From positions 69,735 through 133,734 of the forward strand of contig CAZYQW010000029.1 in NCBI GenBank assembly GCA_964649825.1: 64,000 bases of DNA, in the 5' to 3' direction. The translations under genes were made by a program, and so were the position numbers. The notes below the pieces were generated by a model that did no database searches, had not been told where the DNA came from, and worked only from the letters and a program-made list of their open reading frames with translations. Below, one piece after another: positions 38,342 to 47,203 of the stretch; the first letter of the stretch is position 1, and each line of letters starts with the position of its first letter. Source of the stretch: an uncultured Phycisphaeraceae bacterium. Its GTDB lineage: Bacteria > Planctomycetota > B15-G4 > JADJEK01.

Positions 38342-40020
38342 GCACGCCACGCGCGCCGCAGCAGGTCCGCGCCCAACAGCGCCGCCGCGTCGTCGGGCAT
38401 GGCGTCGAGGATCGCCTCGCTCATCAGGATGACGAGCTTGCGGCGCGCCCGCGTCAGGCTCACGTTCAGCCGGTTCGGCGAGAAGAAGAAGCTCGCCTCC
38501 GAGAGAACCGCCTGCGGATCGCTCGCCGTCAACGACAGCACGATCAGGTCGCGCTCGCCGCCCTGCAGCCGCTCGACCGTGTCGACGACCGGAAAGCGCT
38601 CCGGTGGTAGATCGAGGCGACGCCGCAGAAGCGCGCGAATCCGATTCCCCTGCGCGCGATGCGGAGCGATGACGGCGACCTCGTCGGGCGAAAGCCCATG
38701 TCCGATCGCGGCCGCCACGATGTCCGCCGCCGCCTCCGCCTCCGCCGGCGCCATCGTGCGCGCCCCGAGGTGCTTCACCGGCACGATCAGCCCCGGCGGG
38801 TCGGGACGCAGGATCGGCCCGGGATCGCCGTCGAGCGCGAGGCGGATGCCGCGGTTCGCGGCCGCCGCTCTCAGCCGCCCGCCGTAGAACGCGGCGCTCG
38901 GGAACGAGCAGAGCTCCTCGTTCATCCGGTACGTCGACGTCAGCAGGTGCGACCCGTAGCGCTCGTGCAGGTGCTCGAACGCCGACCGGAGCGCGAGCGA
39001 GTCCTCGTGCTCGGCCACGACGAGCGGTGGAAGCTGTCGATGGTCGCCCACCAGGAACCGGCGCCGACCGAGCGCCAGCGCGGCGCACGCGTGCGGCATC
39101 GCGACCTGTCCCGCCTCGTCGACGAGGACGAGGTCGAACCGCCGCCCGAGGAGCCGTACGGCCGCGTGCGTCGTTGCTCCGACCACGACGGGGCCGTTCA
39201 GCGCCCCCAGCCCGCGCGGCGTCGGAACCAGCTCGACGCCCTCCTCGTCCAGGCGATCGGCCTGCGACTCGGAGCCGATCTTGACGACGGCCAACTCCCG
39301 ATCGAGGCGCGCGACGGCGCGCAGGACGTTGTTGACGGCACGATGCGTGAACGCCGTCACCACCACCTGCTGGCCGTGGTCGAGGAAGGTCCGCACGAGC
39401 GCGGCGGACAACATCGTCTTCCCCGCCCCCGGCGGACCCTGCACGAGTGTGAACGGACGGCGACACCCATCGATGAACGCGGCGGTCTGCGACTCGTCGA
39501 GCCCATGGCGCGCCGCGTCCGACTCGTCTCCGATCGCCCGGACCGGCGTCCTCTCGGCGTCCCCGGTCAAGAGACGGCGAGTGTCCTCGAAGTCGCGGCT
39601 CGTGAAGACGGCGCGCACCGCGCCGATCAGCCGATCGGTCAGGTCGAGATCGCGCCGATCGAGCACGAGCTCGCCGGACGTATCGATCGGGGTGGGCGCC
39701 ACGAACCGGTCCACCTCGACTCGGATCGTCTCGCCGTTCGGATCGTGATCACGGAAGACGACCTGCATCCCCTCATCGATGCGCTCGCCGTTCGAGATCC
39801 AAAGAAGGTCGCCCGGCCGGAACCTCGACAGGTTCTCCGGACATCCGAGCAGGACGCTCCCGCCGTCGTCTCGGATCCACGAGAGGCCGCGCACGGCTTC
39901 GCCGGACTCGACGCGCTCCTCGAGCGACAGCGCGTGGACCTCGCGCATCGCCTGCGCGCTCGCGCGACGTTCCCGCTCGAGGATCGCGACGAGGCGTTCC
40001 GGAATCGAGCGTCCGTTCAT
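38317..40020 (-). CDS. Superfamily-1 DNA helicase (AAA_11/AAA_12, Dna2/Nam7-like).
   Basis: The internal start is MNGRSIPERL. Walker A is GPPGAGKT, with DEAGQ, GDHRQLPP and a C-terminal VSLTRAR. ATGA overlap with the upstream nuclease gene. The 3' end overlaps the convergent HK gene by 25 nt. Confidence 0.85.
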   Translation of the reverse strand: MNGRSIPERLVAILERERRASAQAMREVHALSLEERVESGEAVRGLSWIRDDGGSVLLGCPENLSRFRPGDLLWISNGERIDEGMQVVFRDHDPNGETIRVEVDRFVAPTPIDTSGELVLDRRDLDLTDRLIGAVRAVFTSRDFEDTRRLLTGDAERTPVRAIGDESDAARHGLDESQTAAFIDGCRRPFTLVQGPPGAGKTMLSAALVRTFLDHGQQVVVTAFTHRAVNNVLRAVARLDRELAVVKIGSESQADRLDEEGVELVPTPRGLGALNGPVVVGATTHAAVRLLGRRFDLVLVDEAGQVAMPHACAALALGRRRFLVGDHRQLPPLVVAEHEDSLALRSAFEHLHERYGSHLLTSTYRMNEELCSFPSAAFYGGRLRAAAANRGIRLALDGDPGPILRPDPPGLIVPVKHLGARTMAPAEAEAAADIVAAAIGHGLSPDEVAVIAPHRAQGNRIRALLRRRLDLPPERFPVVDTVERLQGGERDLIVLSLTASDPQAVLSEASFFFSPNRLNVSLTRARRKLVILMSEAILDAMPDDAAALLGADLLRRAWRAYPRVELG

Positions 40021-41393
40021 CGCGCTCCGGCCTCGCCGCGGCAGAGCTCGTCCCGCAGCCGCGCGATCGTGTCCAGCTCGTGGCGAAGCCGGCGATGGAC
40101 CGACTCGATGTCGGCTCCGGGTTCGCCTTCGAGGTAGCGGAGAGCATCGACGTCGGATGGATCGGCCTCGACCGGCGCGATCCCCGCCGCGCGCGCCGCG
40201 AGGGCGAGCGTGCGATCGAAACCGGGGAGCGCCACCGACCGGCGCAGCTCGGCGCGAAGATCGATCGCGCGGCGTCGAACGCGCTCCACCGCCGAGCCGA
40301 GCCACGGCAGCCGATCCACGATCCGCTCGAGCACGCGTGACAGCGCGGGTCCGAACGTCAGGATCGGACCACGGGAGCGGTCCAGGTTGACGACGAAGGC
40401 ACGAAACTCGGCGAGCGGGTCGATCGCCTCCGGCCGCCGCAGGAACCGCACGAGGAACTTCTCGCGGTCGTCGAGCACGAGCCCGGCGACGGCGATCTCG
40501 GCCGGATCGAGACGCTCGTTGATCAGCGCCACGAGCGCGATCTGCGCCGCCGCGACCTCGTCCCGCGGCGCAACGACGCGCAGCGGCGCGCCGTCGCGGG
40601 CGGCGCGGGCTCGACGCGACACGCGACGCACGAGATCGCTCGGCAACCCGGACGCCCGCGCGGTCGGACCGGGCCGCTCGAGATCCGCGAGGGCGCCGAT
40701 CGACGACACGCCGGCGGCCCGAAGCGCCCCTGCCTGCGCGCGCGTCAACCCCGGCAGGCCCGCGACGTCGTCCTCGACCTCGAGATCCGCCGCGCAGAGA
40801 TCGCGGTAGCGACAGTCGAGGCACGCCTCCGTTCGGTGCGGACCGGGGTCTTCACCGCGACGGGAGTCGTCGATTCGCGCGAGCAGGTGGTCGAGCGTCG
40901 CATCCAGCTCGCCGAGCTCGAAGGGAATCCTCGTTCCGTCGCGGACGATGACGTAGCCGCGGCGCGGCGCCGCGCCGAGCTCGCCGAGCATGCGCGAGTA
41001 GAACGCGACCTGCAGACGAGCCGACGCGTGGACCTTCTGCGAGCTCTTCACGTCGGCGACCTCGTAGACGCCGTCCGAGTTTCTGAGCAGGAGGTCGGGG
41101 CGGCCAAGGCGTTCCGGCGTGATGAGCACGCCGTTCGCGATCGCGCTCGCGCCCTCGTCCATCAGCGCGCACGTCGCCTCGAACCCAGTCTGGAAGTCGC
41201 CGCGCTCGAACTCGACATCGACCGGCGCGATGTCCTCGAGGATGCGCGCCTCGACCCGACGGCCGGTACGGAACAGCACCTCCATGCGTGGTGTCGGGGG
41301 CAGCTCGACCTCCTTCGGGCGATGGAAGGAAAGGTACGGAATCCTCGCGCAGGTGAGGTACTCCTTGACTCGGGTGCCATCGACGGGACGCAT
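40017..41393 (-). CDS. RecB-like PD-(D/E)XK nuclease (TM0106-type) partnered with the SF1 helicase.
   Basis: YLTCARIPYLSF and DGVYEVADVKSS (D...E-x-K) are present. A C-terminal Cys cluster reads CLDCRYRDLC. It is translationally coupled to the helicase. Confidence 0.7.
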   Translation of the reverse strand: MRPVDGTRVKEYLTCARIPYLSFHRPKEVELPPTPRMEVLFRTGRRVEARILEDIAPVDVEFERGDFQTGFEATCALMDEGASAIANGVLITPERLGRPDLLLRNSDGVYEVADVKSSQKVHASARLQVAFYSRMLGELGAAPRRGYVIVRDGTRIPFELGELDATLDHLLARIDDSRRGEDPGPHRTEACLDCRYRDLCAADLEVEDDVAGLPGLTRAQAGALRAAGVSSIGALADLERPGPTARASGLPSDLVRRVSRRARAARDGAPLRVVAPRDEVAAAQIALVALINERLDPAEIAVAGLVLDDREKFLVRFLRRPEAIDPLAEFRAFVVNLDRSRGPILTFGPALSRVLERIVDRLPWLGSAVERVRRRAIDLRAELRRSVALPGFDRTLALAARAAGIAPVEADPSDVDALRYLEGEPGADIESVHRRLRHELDTIARLRDELCRGEAGAR

Positions 41394-41476
41394 GGGAGCA
41401 TCTTCGCGACCGTGCCGGCGAAGTCCCGCGTTTTTCCGCGGCTCCGGCTCCGCCGCGCCGCCGCTACGATGCGTGC

Positions 41477-41899
41477 ATGGCGCAGCGACCCTGGTACCAG
41501 GATGGAGTCCGCTTCGAGTGCGCGCGCAGCGGGAAGTGCTGCACCGCGCACGGCGCCTATGACCGCGTCTACCTCGACGACGACGAGGCCGATGCGGTCG
41601 CCGCTCTCCTCGGCATCACGCTCGGCGAGCTCGAGCGCGAGCACTGCTGGTTCGAGGACGACTACCGCCTGGTTCGGTTCAAGGACCGCGCGTGCGGCTT
41701 CCTCGACGGCACGAGCTGCACGATCTACGAGGCGCGGCCGGTGCAATGCCGCACCTGGCCGTTCTGGCCGAGCAACCTTGCCCAGCGCACCTGGCAGAAG
41801 GACGTCGCGAGCTTCTGCCCCGGGGTCGGAAAAGGACGGCGCTATTCGCGCGCCGAGATCGACGCCATCGCGTCGCAGGCCTCGCAGGCCGAGGAGTAG
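41477..41899 (+). CDS. YkgJ-family (UPF0153) Fe-S/zinc-binding protein.
   Basis: CARSGKCCTAHG, CGFLDGTSCTIYEARPVQCRTWPFWP and FCPG are the characteristic Cys-cluster motifs. Confidence 0.8.
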   Translation: MAQRPWYQDGVRFECARSGKCCTAHGAYDRVYLDDDEADAVAALLGITLGELEREHCWFEDDYRLVRFKDRACGFLDGTSCTIYEARPVQCRTWPFWPSNLAQRTWQKDVASFCPGVGKGRRYSRAEIDAIASQASQAEE

Positions 41900-42872
41900 C
41901 GGCGGGCATGGCGGGTCGCGGGTGCGGCTCGTGATCGAACCACGAACGCCGTGGGATCGACTCCGGACGACGAGCGCGCGACCCGGATCGGGCTCCACGT
42001 CCTCGGTCCAGACGATCGTATCCTTTCGGCAGAGGCGGGCCTCGCGGGTGACACCGGGAAGGTGAACGCGGCGTCGAGCCCGTTTCTCGAGCGGTTCGCG
42101 GAGAACGAACGTCCCGGTCGCGCGATCGAGGACGAACTCGGCATCCAGGGCCCGGGGACGTGATGCGCATCGGCGCGCCGGGATCCACAACCAGACGACG
42201 GCGTCCGTGGTCGTGCTCGGATGGACCTCGACCTCCTCCAAAGCGGTGACGAAACCCTCTGCCCGTACTTCGACGCGAACGATCCCGGTCGGGACTCGTG
42301 GCGGTCACGGAAAGTCGGAGTTCACGTGTGAGTCCACGCGTTCCGCGCGTTCGGCCCGAGGATCCTTCGCGGGCGCGGGCGGCGACACGGGAGAGCCGCG
42401 GAACGCGCGCACGATCAGCACCACGACGAGGGCGGCGAGTGAGATCCAGACGAAGCGGCGAAGGAGCGTCTTCATGGGCGTTCCACGCCGAGTCTACTGG
42501 TGTTCGGTGACGGGGCATCAATCACGGGACTTCAGAACCTCCACGATGTCGATCCGGCCGAGCCGGCGCCAAGCGCTGGCTGGCTTGGCGCGGCTCATCC
42601 CGCGTCCAGGCGGGATTACCCGAGAGGGTCGGACTGGTCGTCGAGCTGACGAGATCAAAGAACCCGTGCTCCAGGGTGCGCAGCCGTCTCTTCCCCGCCG
42701 CCAGAGCCCGACTTGCCGACGCGCCCCTTCTTGCGAACGCGGTCGGACCCGTCGGCAGGGATCCGGTCAACGGACCCAATTGAATCCGGGGGCCGCTCGC
42801 CATTAGGATGCCCTGGCTTGAATACCATGGGGGCCGCGATCGCCGCTCCCAACGCCCCGTTGGGGGAAGAAC

Positions 42873-43235
42873 ATGAAGGGCGACGCCATGCTGGGACTCG
42901 AGCTTCGAGAGGAATTCCGCGGCAAGCGGCTGAAGGGCACGCAGATCGAACTGCCGGACGCAGTCAACCTGGCGGCCGCCGACTTCCTGCGGATCACGTA
43001 CCCGAGTGGGGACGTGCTTTCCGCCGTCGAGCCCATCGGGCCGGAGCAGGGACATCCTGTGGTCCTCATCGGCGAGCCCGGCCAGGGCAAGTCGCACTTG
43101 ATGGCGGCCCTCGTCCACGCCCTGAACGACCCGACCACAACTCCGTCATCGTCTCCGTCATCGCCGCCTCTGCAGATGTCCCCATGTCGCGGTGCGTCAG
43201 CTTTGCTCTATTGTGAGTCCGGACTTGATGTGTGA
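42873..43235 (+). pseudogene. A 5' fragment of a P-loop ATPase gene, truncated after Walker A.
   Basis: GGGGGA lies 6 nt before the ATG. After GHPVVLIGEPGQGKSHLMAALVHAL the frame degenerates into a low-complexity TTTPSSSPSSPP tail and a stop inside the 19-bp tandem repeat. The length is 120 aa where about 400 or more would be expected. Confidence 0.45.
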
Positions 43236-43249
43236 GTCCGGGCTTGATG
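43212..43249. repeat. Tandem 19-bp direct repeat (TGTGAGTCCGG[A/G]CTTGATG, two copies) at the pseudogene/sce7726 junction.
   Basis: The two adjacent copies differ at one position. The repeat overlaps the stop of the truncated ATPase and the 5' leader of the sce7726-like gene. Confidence 0.7.
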
Positions 43250-43297
43250 CGCGTCTCGAGGCCGCACCGGCAACCGCCCGGCGTCGTGGAGGCAACC

Positions 43298-43891
43298 ATG
43301 AGGAGCAGTGACCTGGTCCTGCGGGACGCTGATATCCGACCGGCACTGCGCTTGAAGCTGGTCGGCAAGCACGCTGACGAAGCCAACACGGTCATTATCG
43401 AGGAGTTGGGCGTCTGCCGTGGACGCGTTCGAGTTGACCTGGCGGTCGTCAACGGCACGCTCCACGGCTACGAGATCAAGTCGGACCGGGACAGCCTGCG
43501 GCGTCTGACCACGCAGATCGACTTCTACGGGAGGGTCCTCGATCGAGCGACGCTCGTGGTCGGCGAGCGTCACCTGCCCAGTGCGCTCGGCGTCCTTCCG
43601 GCGTGGTGGGGTGTCCTTCACGTCCAGCAGGCGCCCCGCAGGCAGCGCTTCAAGACCATCCGCCGCGGGCGGAAGAACCCCCAGAGAGATCCTCGCGCGC
43701 TCGTGGAGCTGCTCTGGCTGGATGACGCGCTCGCCCTTCTGGAGACACGCGAGGTTGCGAAGGGCGTCAGGGGCAGGCCGCGGCGGCTCGTATGGGATCG
43801 GGTGTGTGAGCACTTCAGCGTCGACGAGATCGCAGCAGCCGTCCGAGCACAACTCAAGGCCAGGGCAGCGTCGCAAGTCCCTCCTGAATGA
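43298..43891 (+). CDS. sce7726-like PD-(D/E)XK-fold protein.
   Basis: GGAGG lies 7 nt before the ATG at 43298. RVDLAVVNGTLHGYEIKSDRD is a canonical D...(D/E)xK nuclease core. The 197-aa protein is convergent with the sce7725-like gene and overlaps it by 38 nt. Confidence 0.7.
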   Translation: MRSSDLVLRDADIRPALRLKLVGKHADEANTVIIEELGVCRGRVRVDLAVVNGTLHGYEIKSDRDSLRRLTTQIDFYGRVLDRATLVVGERHLPSALGVLPAWWGVLHVQQAPRRQRFKTIRRGRKNPQRDPRALVELLWLDDALALLETREVAKGVRGRPRRLVWDRVCEHFSVDEIAAAVRAQLKARAASQVPPE

Positions 43892-44921
43892 CGAGCGAGA
43901 TGTGGTGAATGGTCCCGAGGCGGCGCCAGGCCTCGGCAGATCCGAAGCCACCGGCCCGGTCAGCAGCGGCCTTCATCGACTTGCAGCCTTCACAATGCGC
44001 CGGACCAAAGAAGCTGGATCGCAGATGTCCATACACGAGCTTGGTCGCAAGTGCGGGAAACTGCACCCCCGGCCGCGTGACGCGGGTGCTCTCCCCCTTG
44101 ATGAGGAGCCAATCATCCGGCATTGCGTACCGGATCGAAGCCGACATCTGCATGATCCGAGGGTCAAAGCCCTCGACACCCGTGGGGTACTGAATAGCGC
44201 AGTCGCTGAAGGTGGGGAGCCGCGCAAGGCGACCCCGTGCTTTATGGAGGCGGTCGCGCCAGGCGATCCACTCCACTCGCTCGACAAGGTTGTCAGAGTT
44301 GCGGGCAACGCCGCCCCTCATGGGGAAGGCGCACGCGGAGATGGTGAAGGTCCGCCACCGCCGGTGATCAGGAACGTCGGATAGGAACGCTGCCGTCAAG
44401 GCGGCAACGCCGTCCACGATCATCTCGTCGACCGCACCCAAGTCGACGATCAAATCCGTTCCTTCCGGCGCGAGCCCGTGTTTCGCCATGAACGCTTGGA
44501 GGCTCCCGGTGAGGTTCCCGCTCTCGAACTCCTCGCGGGTGAGCCTCAGCGCGATCCCATGACGTTGATGCGCAAGGGCTGCGGCCAGGTCGGCGGTCCG
44601 CGAAATCCCGGTGACCGGCGTGAAGACGATGCCGGCCGAGTTCGCCCGTCGGAAGACCTCGAGGGCGGCCGCCGGACCGTCAGAGGCGATCTCGCGGGCA
44701 TCGAGGAAGCACCTCGCATAGGAGATGACGCTGCCCGCGAGACCCTTGAATGCGTTGTCGAGGTGGGCAGCGACCGTCGCGGCCTTGTCGGCCTTTCGTT
44801 CGACGACTTCCAAGAGGGGCGTGATGCGCGCCCGAAGGGGTTGCAGGACCGAGCCGAGAGCACTCTTCTCGCCGCGTTTCACCTTCAGCACCGGAACGTA
44901 GTGGTGGTCGCCGAAGGTCAT
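43854..44921 (-). CDS. sce7725-like protein (355 aa), partner of the sce7726-like gene.
   Basis: GGAGG lies 8 nt before the ATG. MTFGDHHYVPVLKVKRGEKSALGS...CEGCKSMKAAADRAGGFGS. It overlaps the PIN gene stop by 4 nt. Confidence 0.65.
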   Translation of the reverse strand: MTFGDHHYVPVLKVKRGEKSALGSVLQPLRARITPLLEVVERKADKAATVAAHLDNAFKGLAGSVISYARCFLDAREIASDGPAAALEVFRRANSAGIVFTPVTGISRTADLAAALAHQRHGIALRLTREEFESGNLTGSLQAFMAKHGLAPEGTDLIVDLGAVDEMIVDGVAALTAAFLSDVPDHRRWRTFTISACAFPMRGGVARNSDNLVERVEWIAWRDRLHKARGRLARLPTFSDCAIQYPTGVEGFDPRIMQMSASIRYAMPDDWLLIKGESTRVTRPGVQFPALATKLVYGHLRSSFFGPAHCEGCKSMKAAADRAGGFGSAEAWRRLGTIHHISLVIQEGLATLPWP

Positions 44922-45529
44922 GGGGCACCTCCGGTTCGAGGATCCCAGAGGACAAGCGGAGCCAGCTCAGCGGCGAGGCTCTCGTAGTACGAGATGAGTG
45001 CTTCGCGGGGAGCCGCGTTCCCTATCGAGAAGCAGCCCTGGATCATCTTGTCCGCTGCGGCGACTGGCGCGAGACGCTCCCGAACTGCATCCGCTCCGAG
45101 TTGATCGCAGAGGGCGAGAAGTATGGCCTCCAGCACTACGATTCGACCCGAGAGCGCAGAGGGGAATCCTTCGACGTCCTTGAGAGCGCGCAGTGCCCGC
45201 TTGTCGCCGGACACCACGAGCAGGTTCGCCTCGGCCGCCGCGGCGAAGAGCTGGGCCTCACCGACGTCGATCCCCTCGACAGGGATCAGGAGGTCGAGCC
45301 AGGTATCGCTGGGCTTGGGCATGACGGGAATGGATTCCGCGACCGGGATCAAGGCGTCGCAGACGTCCCCACCGAGCTGCTTCCGGAGCCTGCCCCTGCG
45401 CAGCATGTGCGGGAGGGCCGCCAGCCTGCCGCAATCGCCAAGGCCCGCCGCGAGCAGGCCAGCCGCGTCGCTGAGCAGCCCCGCGGCCTGCAGCTTGCAG
45501 AAGACATCCGTGTCAACCAGCAGCTTCAT
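44918..45529 (-). CDS. PIN-domain (DUF4411-like) putative ribonuclease.
   Basis: The internal start is MKLLVDTDVFCK (first PIN Asp). EAQLFAAAAE and LLVVSGDKRAL supply the further acidic residues. The ATG is embedded in the last 17 nt of the upstream ImmA-like gene. Confidence 0.65.
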   Translation of the reverse strand: MKLLVDTDVFCKLQAAGLLSDAAGLLAAGLGDCGRLAALPHMLRRGRLRKQLGGDVCDALIPVAESIPVMPKPSDTWLDLLIPVEGIDVGEAQLFAAAAEANLLVVSGDKRALRALKDVEGFPSALSGRIVVLEAILLALCDQLGADAVRERLAPVAAADKMIQGCFSIGNAAPREALISYYESLAAELAPLVLWDPRTGGAP

Positions 45530-46496
45530 CGCGTTCCGGGTCGCCGTAGACGCAGCGGAGCAGAGCGCGGTCACTCTCGGTCGCGGCATCCAGGTCAACG
45601 TAGCGGTCGAAAAGCTGGCGCAGCTGCTTGCGAGCACCCGCCCCCCGGTACAGAGCCTTCACCGCCATCGTCGCCTTCGCATAGTCCCCGGTGCGTCGAG
45701 CCCACGCGAAGATTACGGCGCTCGCGTCGGCGCCTGTTGTGCGCTCGATCTCCGCAGCCAAGCGTGCGAGCTCCTTGAAGCTGCGCCCGTCGACTTGTGG
45801 AACCGAGTCGCCGCCGACGACGACACGGGTGGCGAACTGGTCAGCGCGGATCTCGATGTCCGCATCGTCCGCGATCTCCTCCTCCTCGTCCACAACAGGC
45901 TGGCCTGGGGCGCAGTCGCCGGCAGCGACGTGGCCTGCTTCGTGGGCGGCGAGAAACGCGACACGCCCGGGTTCGTCATGCTTGTGGGCGAGCAGGATGA
46001 CTGGTCTGCCCTCGACGACGCAGGCAATGCCCTGGAAGCTTGGTGCTGGAAGCACCTCGAGGGGGACAACGGGCACACCCCTCATCCACAGGTCGGAGAC
46101 GATCTCGGTCAGCGTCAGCGCCATACCGGCACGATCGATCTCGTCGCGCCAGGCGAGGCCGTCGTCGGGAGGCACCGCGACTTGAGGCTTCGAGTCGCGA
46201 AGGCAGCGAACGACGGCGGCTGCGATTCTGGTTGCCGAGTGGATCGCTGGTCCAAGTCGGTCGCGGTCTACATCTCGGACGCGTCTGAGCTGCGCCTGGG
46301 GGTACTCGGGCGCGGCTATCGCTGCGCCGGGATCAGCAACCGCCGCCAGCGGTAGCCCAAGGAAGCGCGCGACACGAATCTCGACGTCTTGGAGGAGGCG
46401 AGGATCGTCAGCGCAGCTGTCATCCCACCATTCGGGCAGGATAGCCGGGCACACGAAGTCCTTCTTGAACCCCGCGCGGGACAAACGGCGCATCAA
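45513..46496 (-). CDS. ImmA/IrrE-family zinc metallopeptidase domain protein.
   Basis: LAAHEAGHVAAGD contains an HExxH zinc site. GC3 is visibly lower than in core genes. An AT-richer promoter-like region lies at 46497-46640. Confidence 0.7.
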   Translation of the reverse strand: MMRRLSRAGFKKDFVCPAILPEWWDDSCADDPRLLQDVEIRVARFLGLPLAAVADPGAAIAAPEYPQAQLRRVRDVDRDRLGPAIHSATRIAAAVVRCLRDSKPQVAVPPDDGLAWRDEIDRAGMALTLTEIVSDLWMRGVPVVPLEVLPAPSFQGIACVVEGRPVILLAHKHDEPGRVAFLAAHEAGHVAAGDCAPGQPVVDEEEEIADDADIEIRADQFATRVVVGGDSVPQVDGRSFKELARLAAEIERTTGADASAVIFAWARRTGDYAKATMAVKALYRGAGARKQLRQLFDRYVDLDAATESDRALLRCVYGDPERDEAAG

Positions 46497-46789
46497 GGTC
46501 GTGTACGTGTGCTTCGCCAGCGGACTGCTCCATTCGTTGTGTGCTCTCAGGTGTCAACGTATGCAAGTTTCATTCCGCGTAGCGATCGAGCGGCGCGGGG
46601 AGGATAGGAACTCCAAACTACCGCTGCACACGGTCGGCGTCGAGTTGACGGATCACACGTGTCGTCGAAAGGTCTCGTGCCGTTCGTCCCCACTCATCCG
46701 TTCGACGGATCGGGTCGAGGCGACGGCTGGGTTCGCGTTTCCGTCGTCGGGGTCGGTGTCGTCGGGTCCGACCGCGTCCAGCGTCGCCT

Positions 46790-47130
46790 CGATGAGGCTC
46801 GCGCGCGCGGCGTCCAGCTCGTAGGCCGCGACCTGGACCGCGAACTGGGCGGCCCGTCTCCCCTGGCGGGCGCTTTCCTCGTCGCGCATCGCGAGGACGA
46901 GCCGGTTCTTCCCCCTCGATCCCCTCCGCGGCGAGCTCGCGGACGCGATCGGGCAGAGTTTCCGCGTAGCGGAGGTCGGCTTCCGCTTGTTTCTCGCGGG
47001 CCTTCGCTTCGTGGAGCGACGCCTCCGCGCGCGCGTCCGCGCCTCGGCCTCGGCCCGGGTCCGCGCGTCGAGGAGCTCCTGCGGCTTCTCGCCGTCGTTG
47101 ACGAGGACGAGACGAGCCGCCGTGGACCGA
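46790..47130 (-). pseudogene. Degraded remnant of an HlyD-family membrane fusion protein gene (frameshifted).
   Basis: Two adjacent minus-strand frames each give coiled-coil MFP-like text (EASLHEAKAREKQAEADLRYAETLPDRVRELAAEGI and FAVQVAAYELDAARASLIEATLDA), but no single frame is intact. Confidence 0.3.
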
Positions 47131-47203
47131 ACGAGCGACCCGCTCCCCAGGTCGCGTCGTCGAGGGGTTCGCAGTCGCCGCGGGATCGAACCGCCTCCGA
47201 TCG

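Noticed and set aside
37130-39466. A 778-aa minus-strand ORF across the histidine kinase and helicase genes.
   Set aside because: It is antisense to the clearly motif-bearing HK gene and out of frame with the helicase. The composition is Arg/Gly/Pro.
42608-42702. A 95-nt segment beginning GGCGGGA and ending CCCCGCCGCCA (possible tRNA-Sec/Ser-like).
   Set aside because: The acceptor pairing is imperfect. No GTTCRANYC T-loop or plausible anticodon stem is present.
42778-42802. A tRNA 3'-end-like string, TTGAATCCGGGGGCCGCTCGCCA, as a possible island attachment site.
   Set aside because: No T-stem complementarity or cloverleaf can be drawn around it. It is probably a chance match.
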